IMG/VR virus record: IMGVR_UViG_3300045974_000132
Location: 1-64,000 of that record
Length of the DNA: 64,000 nucleotides
Strand: one strand, 5' to 3'
The notes under the pieces were generated by a model. That model ran no database searches and had not been told where the DNA came from. It was given only the letters and a program-made list of their open reading frames with translations. The position numbers and the translations under genes were made by a program. Each line of letters opens with the position of its first letter. Within the stretch, counting starts at the first letter, position 1. This document shows, in pieces, positions 10,501 through 19,019 of the stretch.

Positions 10501-10682
10501 GTAAGGCCAAGATTGCAGCAGGTGAGAAAGCAATGGAAGACGTTAAGTTTGTCAAGGGTGACGAACAGAAGAAGGATGCCACTAAAGCTGCTCAAGGTAA
10601 GATTGCAGAAGGCAAAGATACTGTTGAATATGCTCGTGAGTTGATGGACTATCATAAACAATTTTTGAATAGAGGCGAATGA
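7563..10682 (+). CDS. polA: Family A DNA polymerase with N-terminal uracil-DNA-glycosylase-like domain and 3'-5' exonuclease
   Basis: ExoI SWDTEAK, ExoII YVNAKFDL, ExoIII YCTLDV; PNLQQVP, motif A KVDYRVHEVR, motif B RNAVKGIIFGLIYGM, motif C SVHDS. N-terminus KVLFVLD..P.EDLHSG.LLSGQTGDLL ... QPDYVVAFG resembles family 4 UDG. Confidence 0.93.
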   Translation: MKHTNFDYDLTRFEADDEYSYVKLAYENNGDKKVLFVLDVMPTEDLHSGKLLSGQTGDLLNVLVATTRRLYAKQAPSFSWLAVTFNAFRTFGKPSEYRAQAEQAFSERVKCLITKYQPDYVVAFGTSVMQALLEDKIVTDGKGKTRFSYWLGVPVKKDIKYKKKVHTTTIVSTLSLNDIVRGDDAEVSLLGYMCRNLSAVYGRHYCVDVDRLHNHKTIMVNTVAKFDKLMAVLREKPYVSWDTEAKNLHKVTNRLLTVQAAFDIDKGYLIPIYHKDTPFTPDELNYIVETLQDYFEGNNNNDYHIYVNAKFDLTLMRAECGIRYFANDVWDILAGEFMLDENLKSLMTVLGEYYYSLGNLSVQYGFDGYITAEFSKQHRANFEATDLSDPAVQHYCTLDVVVPLSIHLQQKERAKYIKYAKYEQVVRNEASDTIHAFSKMEYTGAGLDVPYLFYLKTVDSPIELEIKKMAGALLKTDAVKKTNLLLCKAQGMPTGSLFTGVETVAAFKLNKPDHKKKLFFEVLGLEPLEKGAGGVGKLDKGFQKAYAHIPEVAQYTALEKAKKLKNAYVKSFINMLGSSEDLQKDHRIRPNYGYLGVVTHRGSASDPNLQQVPAHSALGKHIKRLFVAREGTLYIKVDYRVHEVRGWGLISFDKAVAAVFAAAKKLRDEYRLHPTAELAKRLKTEADVHIQNASYFFNVAMEKVDKPLRNAVKGIIFGLIYGMGMKTLAKNIGQTDDFTKTLVDNFAKRFPKAMAWTKNVKKFAAENLFVEAPTGIRRNLFGYLLPSSFESAGQMAARMDRQAGNAPIQGMCSKFMMNGIRILDWLIFKEIKKNKNFMLFITNSVHDSLENEAGYANFLKSLAMIEWALTDGVKNKVKKRYGFDLVSNLEIDFEIGATLSQCEGWDFSIAQLETLVMDSLIFQRNKLQRNIVPDRIMKVIFSDRAVTEDAPEWMQKQISNLNYSFELTERSYIKRMLDEGKAKIAAGEKAMEDVKFVKGDEQKKDATKAAQGKIAEGKDTVEYARELMDYHKQFLNRGE

Positions 10683-11587
10683 TGAATCTTCAACAAGTAC
10701 CTAAAGATGATCCTACTGCTAAGAAAGCAGAAGTTTTGTTTGCAGGCAGGGTTCGCGTAAGTGAGACATTTCTATCACTTGAGGGAGAAGGGCCTTACAC
10801 TGGATACCCAACTCTTTTTATAAGATTTTTCGGCTGCAACTTTACTTGCTCAGGCTTAGGAACAAAAGAGCCTGCAACTGCTAAAGTTAATGCTTTGAAG
10901 TATGCAAGCCCTGAGACACGCGAAGACTTGTCCAAGTATCAGTTCACGACAGGTTGTGATAGCGCATACTCTTGGGATCCTGCGTTCAAGCACCTTACCG
11001 TAGATCACACTGTTGAGACATTGGCAAAAGCAATCCTTCAGCACATTGAAGGCAAGTATATGATTACTAAGCCTATTCTGTGCTTCACAGGTGGCGAGCC
11101 TATGCTGTATCAAAAATACTTTGGTGCAATATGGGAACTGGTAAAAGAGAAATTCTCGTTTATCTTGATTGAGACAAACGCTTCGATTAAAGCTACCAAC
11201 GAGCTATGGCGAGGACTAGAAGACGCAGGTAATCCAAATTTAGTTTGGAGTCTTAGTCCGAAACTTTCAAACTCTGGTGAGCCTCGTAATAAAGCAATTT
11301 CAAAAGAAGTTGTTGATTCCTACTACGGTCAGAAGTATTGGAAGTTTGTATCAGACGGTAGTGAAGAATCTTTGGTAGAGATACGTCAAGCTCTTGATAC
11401 TTACTCAGGTGGGCATACTACTTACGCCAATGAAGCATGGGCCAAAACGTGGCTGATGCCTGAAGGTGCTTCGCTAGAACAGCAAAATGAAATGCAGCGT
11501 AAGGTAGCCGCCCTATGTTTGAAGTATGGCATTAAGTTCTGTGCACGTGTCCATGTATGGATATGGAAGAATGAAATAGGTACTTGA
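10679..11587 (+). CDS. queE: 7-carboxy-7-deazaguanine synthase (radical SAM)
   Basis: VSETFLSLEGEG.YTG.PTLFIRFFGCNFTC...GCDSAYSW, FTGGEP, IETN, SLSPKL, LMPEG, RVHVWIW are QueE signatures. Confidence 0.92.
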   Translation: MMNLQQVPKDDPTAKKAEVLFAGRVRVSETFLSLEGEGPYTGYPTLFIRFFGCNFTCSGLGTKEPATAKVNALKYASPETREDLSKYQFTTGCDSAYSWDPAFKHLTVDHTVETLAKAILQHIEGKYMITKPILCFTGGEPMLYQKYFGAIWELVKEKFSFILIETNASIKATNELWRGLEDAGNPNLVWSLSPKLSNSGEPRNKAISKEVVDSYYGQKYWKFVSDGSEESLVEIRQALDTYSGGHTTYANEAWAKTWLMPEGASLEQQNEMQRKVAALCLKYGIKFCARVHVWIWKNEIGT

Positions 11588-11588
11588 T

Positions 11589-11972
11589 ATGGCTATAGCA
11601 CCTCCTCAAGGACTTATGCTATTTTCTACAGGTCAGCTAGACGGAGTCTTTTCTAGGTCGTCGGACTTGTATGAAGTAATGGAAATGCGAGCTAGTCAGC
11701 TATACACCGGTTATCTTGTTAGACTTGGTGAAGCACATAGTTTCAAAGAATTTTGGAATGCTTCATTCGATCTAACATACGCACTAAAGGAAGGATTTTC
11801 CTTTTATGTATCTCTAACAAACCTAAAACACTTAATTGAGATAGATAGCCGGATTGTAGTATGCGCTTACATATCCGACCAACAAGTTCTGTGTGCCCAC
11901 TTTGATGTTGTGCCCGAAAATGTAAAAGAACTACATTACATGCACACACCTTTCACTTATACTCGACATTAG
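11589..11972 (+). CDS. Hypothetical protein
   Basis: 127 aa ORF tightly packed between queE and the clamp gene. Confidence 0.6.
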   Translation: MAIAPPQGLMLFSTGQLDGVFSRSSDLYEVMEMRASQLYTGYLVRLGEAHSFKEFWNASFDLTYALKEGFSFYVSLTNLKHLIEIDSRIVVCAYISDQQVLCAHFDVVPENVKELHYMHTPFTYTRH

Positions 11973-11987
11973 TAGGATTAAAATATA

Positions 11988-13124
11988 ATGCTAAACTCTA
12001 AACCCTTTTCATTTATTGCTGACTGCAAGGCACTGGAGGCTACTATCAAGAAGGTAGTAGGTGTTTTAAGTTCTTCCGTAAGTCCTTCATTCTTTATTTT
12101 GGGTAGTAAGAAGAAGACAAGTGTTATCGGTATGAGTGGTGATACATTTGTTATGGCTTCTTTGGCTGATACGAAAGCAGACGCAGAAGGTGCTTTCTGT
12201 TTCGCACCTGATATTCTTACTGGCCTTATCAAGAATCGTAAGGACATGGAGTTTGCTTTTAACGGCAATGAATGCAACTTCAAACAAGTCAAAGGGCCAT
12301 ACAAGGGCCATATTGTCACGCTCCCGATTACAGGTGATCAACAAAGCACCTGTGATACCTTCTTAACAGGTAGCAAGAAGATTGATGCAACCATCCCTGC
12401 TGAAGTGCTGCTGTTATTGAAGGCAGGTTTGAATGCAACCAATGTTAAAGACGTATATCAAGGAAGTACGCTTCTTTCCTTTATCAGTCTTGACAAGAAG
12501 GGCCAGTTGTCTGTATCCTCATTCGACAGTCAGCACTTCGGTATGTTCAAGCTTGACTCTGGCGTAAAGGGTTTGCAGTTCAAAGCAGCACTGCCTGCGT
12601 CGCACTTCTCTCTTATTGACCAAGTCTCTGCTGGTGAAGATGCTAAGTTCTCTATCACTAACGGTAGCATTCGTGTAGAAGGTAAGAGCTTCATTATTGT
12701 GCTCCCTGCTACTCAAGCGGAAGAATCACACTACGAAATGGTTGAGAACTTCGTTGCGGGCTTATCAAAGCCTGTCTTCCGTTGCGGATATGATGCTGCA
12801 CAGCTTTCTACCTTAAGTGAAAACCTGTTCACTCTGTATAACGCGAATACGGCCTTTGTTCTATCTGCAAAAGATGCAGCGACCATCTTGAACATTAGCT
12901 TTACTACTCCTTCGGGTACTGCGTCTGACTCTATGAAGGTGCAACCGGCTAAGGCAAGCAAAGCGTTCAAGGCAAGTGTCGATCCTCGGTTGTTCAAGGA
13001 TATTCTATTCCTTGCTCGTACTATCAAAGAGCCTGAACTCTCTGTTACCGATAAGGTTGTTATCATGCAAGGTAGCACATCGGAAGAAGCAGCTTTGTTC
13101 TTAGCTTGTGCACGGAGCGAATAA
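11988..13124 (+). CDS. DNA polymerase sliding clamp, DnaN (beta)-like
   Basis: 378 aa, beta-clamp size, with three repeats of a beta-alpha-beta pattern (FIADCKALEATIKKV; ATIPAEVLLLLKAGL; CGYDAAQLSTLSENL; ASVDPRLFKDIL); lies two genes after polA. Confidence 0.65.
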   Translation: MLNSKPFSFIADCKALEATIKKVVGVLSSSVSPSFFILGSKKKTSVIGMSGDTFVMASLADTKADAEGAFCFAPDILTGLIKNRKDMEFAFNGNECNFKQVKGPYKGHIVTLPITGDQQSTCDTFLTGSKKIDATIPAEVLLLLKAGLNATNVKDVYQGSTLLSFISLDKKGQLSVSSFDSQHFGMFKLDSGVKGLQFKAALPASHFSLIDQVSAGEDAKFSITNGSIRVEGKSFIIVLPATQAEESHYEMVENFVAGLSKPVFRCGYDAAQLSTLSENLFTLYNANTAFVLSAKDAATILNISFTTPSGTASDSMKVQPAKASKAFKASVDPRLFKDILFLARTIKEPELSVTDKVVIMQGSTSEEAALFLACARSE

Positions 13125-13600
13125 TGGAAATTACAGAAAAGTTTGTTCTGGAGCTTGCTGTTAAAGCTTCTACAGATGCTGCCGGTAACTGCGGTGCTCC
13201 ACATCAACTTATATTTCCTATGGTGTATCTTGCACTTAAGGAAGCTTTGATCGACAATGTTGAGCTAGTACCTACTATCAGTTCTGAATCAACGGTCGGT
13301 GTACTCCCTTCTTCTGCTGAATTTACTTCTGCTTTATGTATTACCAATTCAGAAGGTAAGATTGTTGAAGTTATGCAGGACGGTACTGTCAACATCCATC
13401 AGTTAGGTAGGAATGAAGAAGCTGCTAAAATTTTCTACGAATCTCTTGCTCAGTACGGTTTTACCTTATTAGGTACTCTGAGGGAAGCTATAGCCCTTCT
13501 TAACAGAGTAGACCTTGAAGATGATGCTCAAGAGTCGGCTCTTCGTATTGACATTGAAAACTTTACGAGGCACATCCGTGGCAAGCCCTATAACATTTGA
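13124..13600 (+). CDS. Hypothetical protein
   Basis: ATG at 13124 overlaps the clamp stop (TAATG), preferred over the 13106 start. Confidence 0.6.
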   Translation: MEITEKFVLELAVKASTDAAGNCGAPHQLIFPMVYLALKEALIDNVELVPTISSESTVGVLPSSAEFTSALCITNSEGKIVEVMQDGTVNIHQLGRNEEAAKIFYESLAQYGFTLLGTLREAIALLNRVDLEDDAQESALRIDIENFTRHIRGKPYNI

Positions 13601-13991
13601 TAAGCCTTTCACGCTAACAGACTTTGTTGAACGCCAATTTCATCTGCTTGGTCCTTCTATAGGTAATAAGGGTATCGTACATACCCTTTTCTTATCAAAG
13701 CCTTTAGCTGGTGTTGAAGTAACGGCGCAAGAACCTATTCAACTGAACGGCTTCTGCAAGTATGCGTTCTTGCAAGATCCTGGTGGTATCTGCGGATTTA
13801 TTGTTATCAGCCCTACATCAAACACTCGTGTAAAGAATGTATGCGTAGTAGTCGGCTCTGAATCCGAACACTACAAGACTCTATTCCATCTACAACCTCA
13901 GGGTGTATTGATTGAGGAGTCAACAGACAGTAACACTTTGTTTGTTGCTCTAGGAGTAGAGTCCTCGTTACTTGTGAAAGTAGACCTATGA
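13578..13991 (+). CDS. Hypothetical protein
   Basis: GTG at 13578 with GAGG 7 nt upstream, in frame with the 13515 ORF; fills the gap in the operon. Confidence 0.55.
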   Translation: MASPITFDKPFTLTDFVERQFHLLGPSIGNKGIVHTLFLSKPLAGVEVTAQEPIQLNGFCKYAFLQDPGGICGFIVISPTSNTRVKNVCVVVGSESEHYKTLFHLQPQGVLIEESTDSNTLFVALGVESSLLVKVDL

Positions 13992-14218
13992 CAGTCATTG
14001 GCGATATGGAACTTGTAAAAAACGGCAATGATCGTATCGCTATTTACTTCAAGTACGACAAGGATAAGCCGAAGTGCTGGGTAGTAGATGGCCAGTACCA
14101 GTTCAACAAACAAATAGTTTTCACTGAAAAGCTTTCTCCGTTAAGGATTGATCGTGAATCAAAATCAAATACTGAAGATCAGGGCGCTGGGCACAGAGCA
14201 AGTGCGGGATGTATGTAA
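13988..14218 (+). CDS. Hypothetical protein
   Basis: 76 aa, ATGA overlap with the previous stop. Confidence 0.5.
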   Translation: MTVIGDMELVKNGNDRIAIYFKYDKDKPKCWVVDGQYQFNKQIVFTEKLSPLRIDRESKSNTEDQGAGHRASAGCM

Positions 14219-14438
14219 TATACTGGCTGAACGTATAGGTATACAAGCTTCACCAAATCCAGGTAGTTTTAACGAGTCTCTTAATGTCACCTTGAAACTG
14301 ATAAACGGTGTTACCCTTGATCTTTATTTAATAACTTCATATGAGATAGTACCCGCTGATACACCTGCTAAAATTGATTCGCATGGCAGGCTTGTTAATG
14401 CTGATATAACAATTACCTACCTTGAGGTTGTTAAATGA
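14148..14438 (+). CDS. Hypothetical protein (start uncertain)
   Basis: 96 aa ORF whose stop overlaps the next start (ATGA). Confidence 0.5.
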   Translation: MIVNQNQILKIRALGTEQVRDVCNILAERIGIQASPNPGSFNESLNVTLKLINGVTLDLYLITSYEIVPADTPAKIDSHGRLVNADITITYLEVVK

Positions 14439-14968
14439 AACGCGATTTAAGTCCTATACGCAATAAGCTACGTGAGGACAAGCGATGCCAACGCTTGTTG
14501 GGTATCTTTCAAGACTCAGGTATCTACAAGATTGCTTTCGATTCTCTCACCAAGGAAGTAATGGACATTCATAAGACTCGATCTATTCGTTTCTTATCTA
14601 GGGCGAGTGGGCGATTCATCGAACAAATTGTAGATGCTTCTCTCCGCGATCAATCAAACCGTAGTCGGTTGGCAGAAATCTCAATGAGTTGTTTTAGGGC
14701 TGCTGCTAGTTTAGAGGAAGCCCTAACGCCATTACAAGAGTATCTTATTATGACTTACGGCCCTGAAATGTCTTTTGTACGGACTAAGGATGAGCGTAAG
14801 CAGTTGGTAGAAATGGCACTACGCCCTTTCTACAAGTTCATTAGTCAATGTACTACCTTACGACAATTGACAGACATTGTAATTTTGGATATTGACAAAG
14901 CGGCCTGGGGCCTTCGTCTTTTGGTTAACGCTTATGAACTTCAAAATCGTCCGGAGCAAACAATATGA
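14435..14968 (+). CDS. Helical protein, possibly UvsY-like recombination mediator
   Basis: All-alpha amphipathic pattern; TKDERKQLVEMAL and ILDIDKAAWGLRLL loosely recall the T4 UvsY C-terminal helices; a UvsW-like helicase lies nearby. The functional call is weak. Confidence 0.4.
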   Translation: MKRDLSPIRNKLREDKRCQRLLGIFQDSGIYKIAFDSLTKEVMDIHKTRSIRFLSRASGRFIEQIVDASLRDQSNRSRLAEISMSCFRAAASLEEALTPLQEYLIMTYGPEMSFVRTKDERKQLVEMALRPFYKFISQCTTLRQLTDIVILDIDKAAWGLRLLVNAYELQNRPEQTI

Positions 14969-15897
14969 TTAGCACGTATCTGACCGCCTTTGCCTTAGCA
15001 ACAACAGTGGCCTTTATCATCGCAATGGCTGTATTCAATACACGATTCCTAAAAGCAGAACGCGAGAAGGAAGATAAATATAAGTTTCTGATCGGTAAGC
15101 TATGGAACATTGTTGATGACATTGATACTTATTCTGACGTAGCAAAGTCAGATGATATGTTATATCGGCAGTTGGTTGAAATGAAGCAACGCGAACGTTG
15201 GGAGCTAGTAGGCATTTCACTCAACAAGGATGTGCTTGAATACAACCTAGGTGCTATTCATCTTCAGTTTGAGGATAGTCCCTTGATGGGCGGTGACGGC
15301 AAGGGCTTGCTTCTTAAACAAGCTTTTAACCATATTGATGATGACGCGGACGTTTCTGAAAAAGACGTAGTTGGACTTACAACTGACGTAAGCACAGGGC
15401 TTCCGGTAGAGGGTATACATTGGGATACACAAGAAGTAGCGGATGCTTATAAATTACCTGTAGAAACGCTTATGCCAGTTGCTGTAACTGCAGGTGAAGG
15501 GCTGAAGCTCCCTGAAGCGCCGTCTATTACACTGCTTGAAATAAAGACGGATAACGCTGTTAAAGTATATGGGCCTATCACTTCTACTCAAGAAGACGGT
15601 TTCATGAAGATCGGTACTAATCTATACCTTAAGAACTCTATGCTGTATCGTAAAGAAGGTGACGAGTATATCGAGCAAAAAATGCAGGTAGTGGATGCTT
15701 CGTCTTCAGAAGAAGCTCCTCTTGCTAAGACTGCCGTTACACCTTTATACGGTACAGATATTTCTGCTAGAAAAATGTGGCTGATGCTCTCTGAAAGTCT
15801 TCTTCAGGTGTGTATTCCACCGCAAGCTACTCACCATTGCTTAATCATTCTATCTGACGGTTCTGAGTTTATCTGCCATGCCAAATCAACAAACTGA
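14965..15897 (+). CDS. Membrane-anchored hypothetical protein
   Basis: N-terminal hydrophobic helix YLTAFALATTVAFIIAMAVF followed by an acidic soluble region. Confidence 0.65.
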   Translation: MISTYLTAFALATTVAFIIAMAVFNTRFLKAEREKEDKYKFLIGKLWNIVDDIDTYSDVAKSDDMLYRQLVEMKQRERWELVGISLNKDVLEYNLGAIHLQFEDSPLMGGDGKGLLLKQAFNHIDDDADVSEKDVVGLTTDVSTGLPVEGIHWDTQEVADAYKLPVETLMPVAVTAGEGLKLPEAPSITLLEIKTDNAVKVYGPITSTQEDGFMKIGTNLYLKNSMLYRKEGDEYIEQKMQVVDASSSEEAPLAKTAVTPLYGTDISARKMWLMLSESLLQVCIPPQATHHCLIILSDGSEFICHAKSTN

Positions 15898-16297
15898 AGA
15901 AGTAACACCCGCTGCTAGTTTCCGAATTGTTCACTTTACTGTGCAGGAGTTAGGTAGTCATTCTTTAGTAGGCATCTGTAAGAGTCCTTTTCCACTTAGC
16001 TTTGGAAGTTACTTATCTTTTCTGAATCCAGATAATCGCCAATCTATTGATTTTCGTGACCGCTTAGGTGGGCCTCGCGTTGTCAATATGTGGCATGAGA
16101 ATCTAGTTCACTTATTTGACGAGCAGGGCCTTACTAAAGTTCGTGCTGTTGTATTCGGTACTGCTCCTGAGTGGTTGGCTTTCATTGAAGATGACAATGT
16201 TCCGAAAGACTATTTGAATGATTCTTTATGTATCACAGGTAGTTATGGAAAGTATTTGAAAGCAGTTGAAGCTTACTCGGGCCTACTTCTAATGTAA
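15878..16297 (+). CDS. Hypothetical protein
   Basis: 139 aa ORF overlapping the upstream stop. Confidence 0.6.
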   Translation: MPNQQTEEVTPAASFRIVHFTVQELGSHSLVGICKSPFPLSFGSYLSFLNPDNRQSIDFRDRLGGPRVVNMWHENLVHLFDEQGLTKVRAVVFGTAPEWLAFIEDDNVPKDYLNDSLCITGSYGKYLKAVEAYSGLLLM

Positions 16298-16310
16298 CTA
16301 AGGTGGTATC

Positions 16311-16538
16311 ATGTTTCAACCTCAACATAGTGTTCACCTCAATCCTCCTTTTTGTGCAAAGTGTAAAAAGCAGATAATGCAAGCTAGTATTCAGCAAGAT
16401 CCTATGAGACAAGTTGCTACCTTGCGATATGCGTGTCACGGGGTACAAGGTGAAATGACTTTCACTCAGCAGGAGCTAGTTGAACTAAGTTCTGGCAACA
16501 CCTTAATTGACTTTGTAGAATTCATCAGGCTTGGATAA
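16311..16538 (+). CDS. Small Zn-ribbon-like protein
   Basis: PFCAKCKK...YACHG; AAGGTGG RBS. Confidence 0.6.
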   Translation: MFQPQHSVHLNPPFCAKCKKQIMQASIQQDPMRQVATLRYACHGVQGEMTFTQQELVELSSGNTLIDFVEFIRLG

Positions 16539-18172
16539 TGGCGCTACTACCTAAGATATATGTTCGTGAAAAGGTATTCATACCTATCAAACATATACGC
16601 AGTAAAGAAGACCTGCAAGACGCATATACGAAACGGTTCTTTGATGATAAGGCATGTAAAGCATGTGATTATCTCAAAGACCGTTTTTGCGATATGTGCG
16701 AAGTATGCCCTGCTTACAAAGGTACTGTTAAACTTTACAGCCATAAGAACGTAAGAGGCATAAACTATATAGGTCTTCCTATAGGTGACAAGCGCAACAT
16801 TGAAAAGTATGCAGGCATTGTATTTGAAGACTTTAAGATTGTTGATAGGCGCAAAGTAGTTCCTTTCGATTACAAGATCAAGTTTCTTATTAAGCTACGC
16901 CCGCACCAACAGAAGTTGGTTGATACATTCTTCAAGAAGAAGTACGGTTTGATCGAAGCCCCTCCTCGCTTCGGTAAGACTGTGTGTATGCTGGATATTA
17001 GCATCAAGCTAGGTAACAAAACGCTGGTGCTAGCTTCCCAACATGAATTCCTTCAACAGTATATCTACCATATTGAGGGTAATGAGAAGAAGGGTATTCC
17101 TAAATGTACAAATCTGCCAGAGCTTCAACTAAAGTATAAAAAGAAGCTCTACGGTTTTCCAAAGACCGATGCTGACTTTGAAAATTTCCAAATCTTTACC
17201 ATGACGTATCACCAGTTCATGGATGAAGTATCTGGTAAGAATCGTTTCAAGAAGATTGAGCATAAGATAGGTCTTGTTGAGATTGATGAAGCGCACAAAG
17301 CAGCCGCTGCTGAGTTTAGTAAGGTTGTGTCTATGTTCCCTGCACGTTATCGTCTGGGTGTAACAGGTACTGTTGATCGTAAAGACGGTAGGCACTACGT
17401 TATAAAGAAAGTTATTGGGCCTGTTGTTGCTCGGTCAGCTGTTGAGTCAATGACACCAAAAGTATTCATCCATGAAACAGGTATTAGGATTGCACGGGTA
17501 CCTAAGCAATGGACGTTTGCAATGCTGAATCTAGCGCGTAATAAAAAGCGCAATGATCTACTTATCAAGCAAGCGGTAGCGGATGTTAAAGCAGGGCATA
17601 GCGTTGTGATACCGTTGATGTTCAAGAAGCACGTTATGGACATTGTTAATGGTATTAACGATCTGTACGGCCGACCTATTGCTGAAGCGTTCATGGGTGG
17701 GGGTGGTGATAAGAATAAGGTGCATCGTGACAACATCTTGTCAGGTGTATCTAAAGGTAAGATCAAAGTCGTTGTAGGTATTCGTTCGCTGTTGCAATTA
17801 GGCTTGAATGTACCGCGCTGGTCTATGATCTATACAGCAATGCCCATATCGAACGAACCTAACTACAAGCAAGAAACTTCGCGTGTTCGGACTCCGATGG
17901 AAGGTAAATTACAGCCTGTCATTCGTTTGTTCTATGATGAAGCCATGGGCCCCTCAGTGGGTTGTGCACGTAACTGTGTTACTCACATGCAGAAGTTTAA
18001 GTATGAGTTCTCGAAGGATCAAAAGACAAGGGAAGCTTTAGCCTACTTTGCAACTAAAGGGCGTCGTAGTAATAGTGATAATGACGATGACCAGTTTGCT
18101 CCGTCTCAAGCAAGTCACGATGAAGATGATGCCGGTAGTAACATGGGTCGCGCGAGGGCAGGAAGGCGATAA
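16538..18172 (+). CDS. SF2 DEAH helicase (UvsW/ResIII-like) with Cys-rich N-terminus
   Basis: KLRPHQ, EAPPRFGKT, EIDEAH, LGVTGTVDRKDG, LGLNVP, QETSRVRT; N-terminal CKAC...CDMCEVC. Confidence 0.9.
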   Translation: MALLPKIYVREKVFIPIKHIRSKEDLQDAYTKRFFDDKACKACDYLKDRFCDMCEVCPAYKGTVKLYSHKNVRGINYIGLPIGDKRNIEKYAGIVFEDFKIVDRRKVVPFDYKIKFLIKLRPHQQKLVDTFFKKKYGLIEAPPRFGKTVCMLDISIKLGNKTLVLASQHEFLQQYIYHIEGNEKKGIPKCTNLPELQLKYKKKLYGFPKTDADFENFQIFTMTYHQFMDEVSGKNRFKKIEHKIGLVEIDEAHKAAAAEFSKVVSMFPARYRLGVTGTVDRKDGRHYVIKKVIGPVVARSAVESMTPKVFIHETGIRIARVPKQWTFAMLNLARNKKRNDLLIKQAVADVKAGHSVVIPLMFKKHVMDIVNGINDLYGRPIAEAFMGGGGDKNKVHRDNILSGVSKGKIKVVVGIRSLLQLGLNVPRWSMIYTAMPISNEPNYKQETSRVRTPMEGKLQPVIRLFYDEAMGPSVGCARNCVTHMQKFKYEFSKDQKTREALAYFATKGRRSNSDNDDDQFAPSQASHDEDDAGSNMGRARAGRR

Positions 18173-18792
18173 TGGAAAAACTAATACTAAAACATTTGCC
18201 TAGAGAACGGGAGAAAGTTCTCACAGCAAGAGGGGTACCGCAAGCTGACTTCATTCACGGTAAGGAGCAATATGATGTTGTTCCTAATTTAGTTAAGTAT
18301 GAAGTAGAACTTGCACGTATGCCTACTAGGGCAGTAGGTACTGCAAAGCAACTGAAAGCACTAGAGTCTATCTGTACAAATCCTTTACGTTCAAGTTACG
18401 TGTTGGGTATTAGTAGCTTTCCTAGTGATGCTCTTGCAAAAGCTCTTGCAATCCATATATTCAATCAATCAATGATTTCATGGCAACGAAGGCATCGTCC
18501 AGGTAGAGTACTTCCTATTTGGCATCGTGTATTCGGAGGCTTCAATGATAATCTTCGTGACAAGCCTATTGAAGAAACACCTAGCTTGTTGGTGTTATCG
18601 AATATCAATGAAGCAAGTAGCTCCTACAAGCTTGAGAAGGTGCGAGACATATTGGAGAAGTATTCTCATATACCGCGCATTGTTGTTTTAAGCGGAGCCG
18701 ACCCTTTGACATTCTTTGCAAACAAATTGTACTGCCCTATCAATGCAGGTATATTGATTGGCCCTACAAATCGTGTTAAGGAAATGGGATGA
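18172..18792 (+). CDS. Degenerate DnaC/IstB-like AAA+ protein (possible helicase loader)
   Basis: Layout S-Y-V-L-G...ALAKALAIHI ... PSLLVLSNI.E.S..K...VRDILEKY...PRIVVLS mirrors the DnaC fold but lacks GKT and the Walker B DD. Confidence 0.5.
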   Translation: MEKLILKHLPREREKVLTARGVPQADFIHGKEQYDVVPNLVKYEVELARMPTRAVGTAKQLKALESICTNPLRSSYVLGISSFPSDALAKALAIHIFNQSMISWQRRHRPGRVLPIWHRVFGGFNDNLRDKPIEETPSLLVLSNINEASSSYKLEKVRDILEKYSHIPRIVVLSGADPLTFFANKLYCPINAGILIGPTNRVKEMG

Positions 18793-19019
18793 CAGACGTT
18801 GACAACTTTCTTAAAGACGTTGCAAAGCAAGGTAGGCTCAAGGAGTTTACGGTAGTGTGTGATGAATCCAATAACACACCTGAAGATATAGATCAACGTA
18901 GGCTTAATGTAGATGTTATTTTTTACGGTTCTTTAGCTGAACACGTTCGCAAGCGGTTGGAAGAATCTACTGATAGGACTGCATCGTATGGCTGCCATAC
19001 CACCGAAGACAAAGTATAA
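18789..19019 (+). CDS. 76 aa protein resembling an isolated tail-sheath C-terminal segment
   Basis: FLKDVAKQGRLKEFTVVCDESNNTPEDIDQRRLNVDVIF aligns ungapped (16/39 identical) with the sheath segment encoded at 26068-26184. Confidence 0.65.
   Translation: MTDVDNFLKDVAKQGRLKEFTVVCDESNNTPEDIDQRRLNVDVIFYGSLAEHVRKRLEESTDRTASYGCHTTEDKV

Noticed and set aside
7563-10682. Group I intron or intein in polA, given the adjacent HNH gene
   Set aside because: The ORF is continuous, all motifs are at normal spacing and no splice-junction motifs are present.
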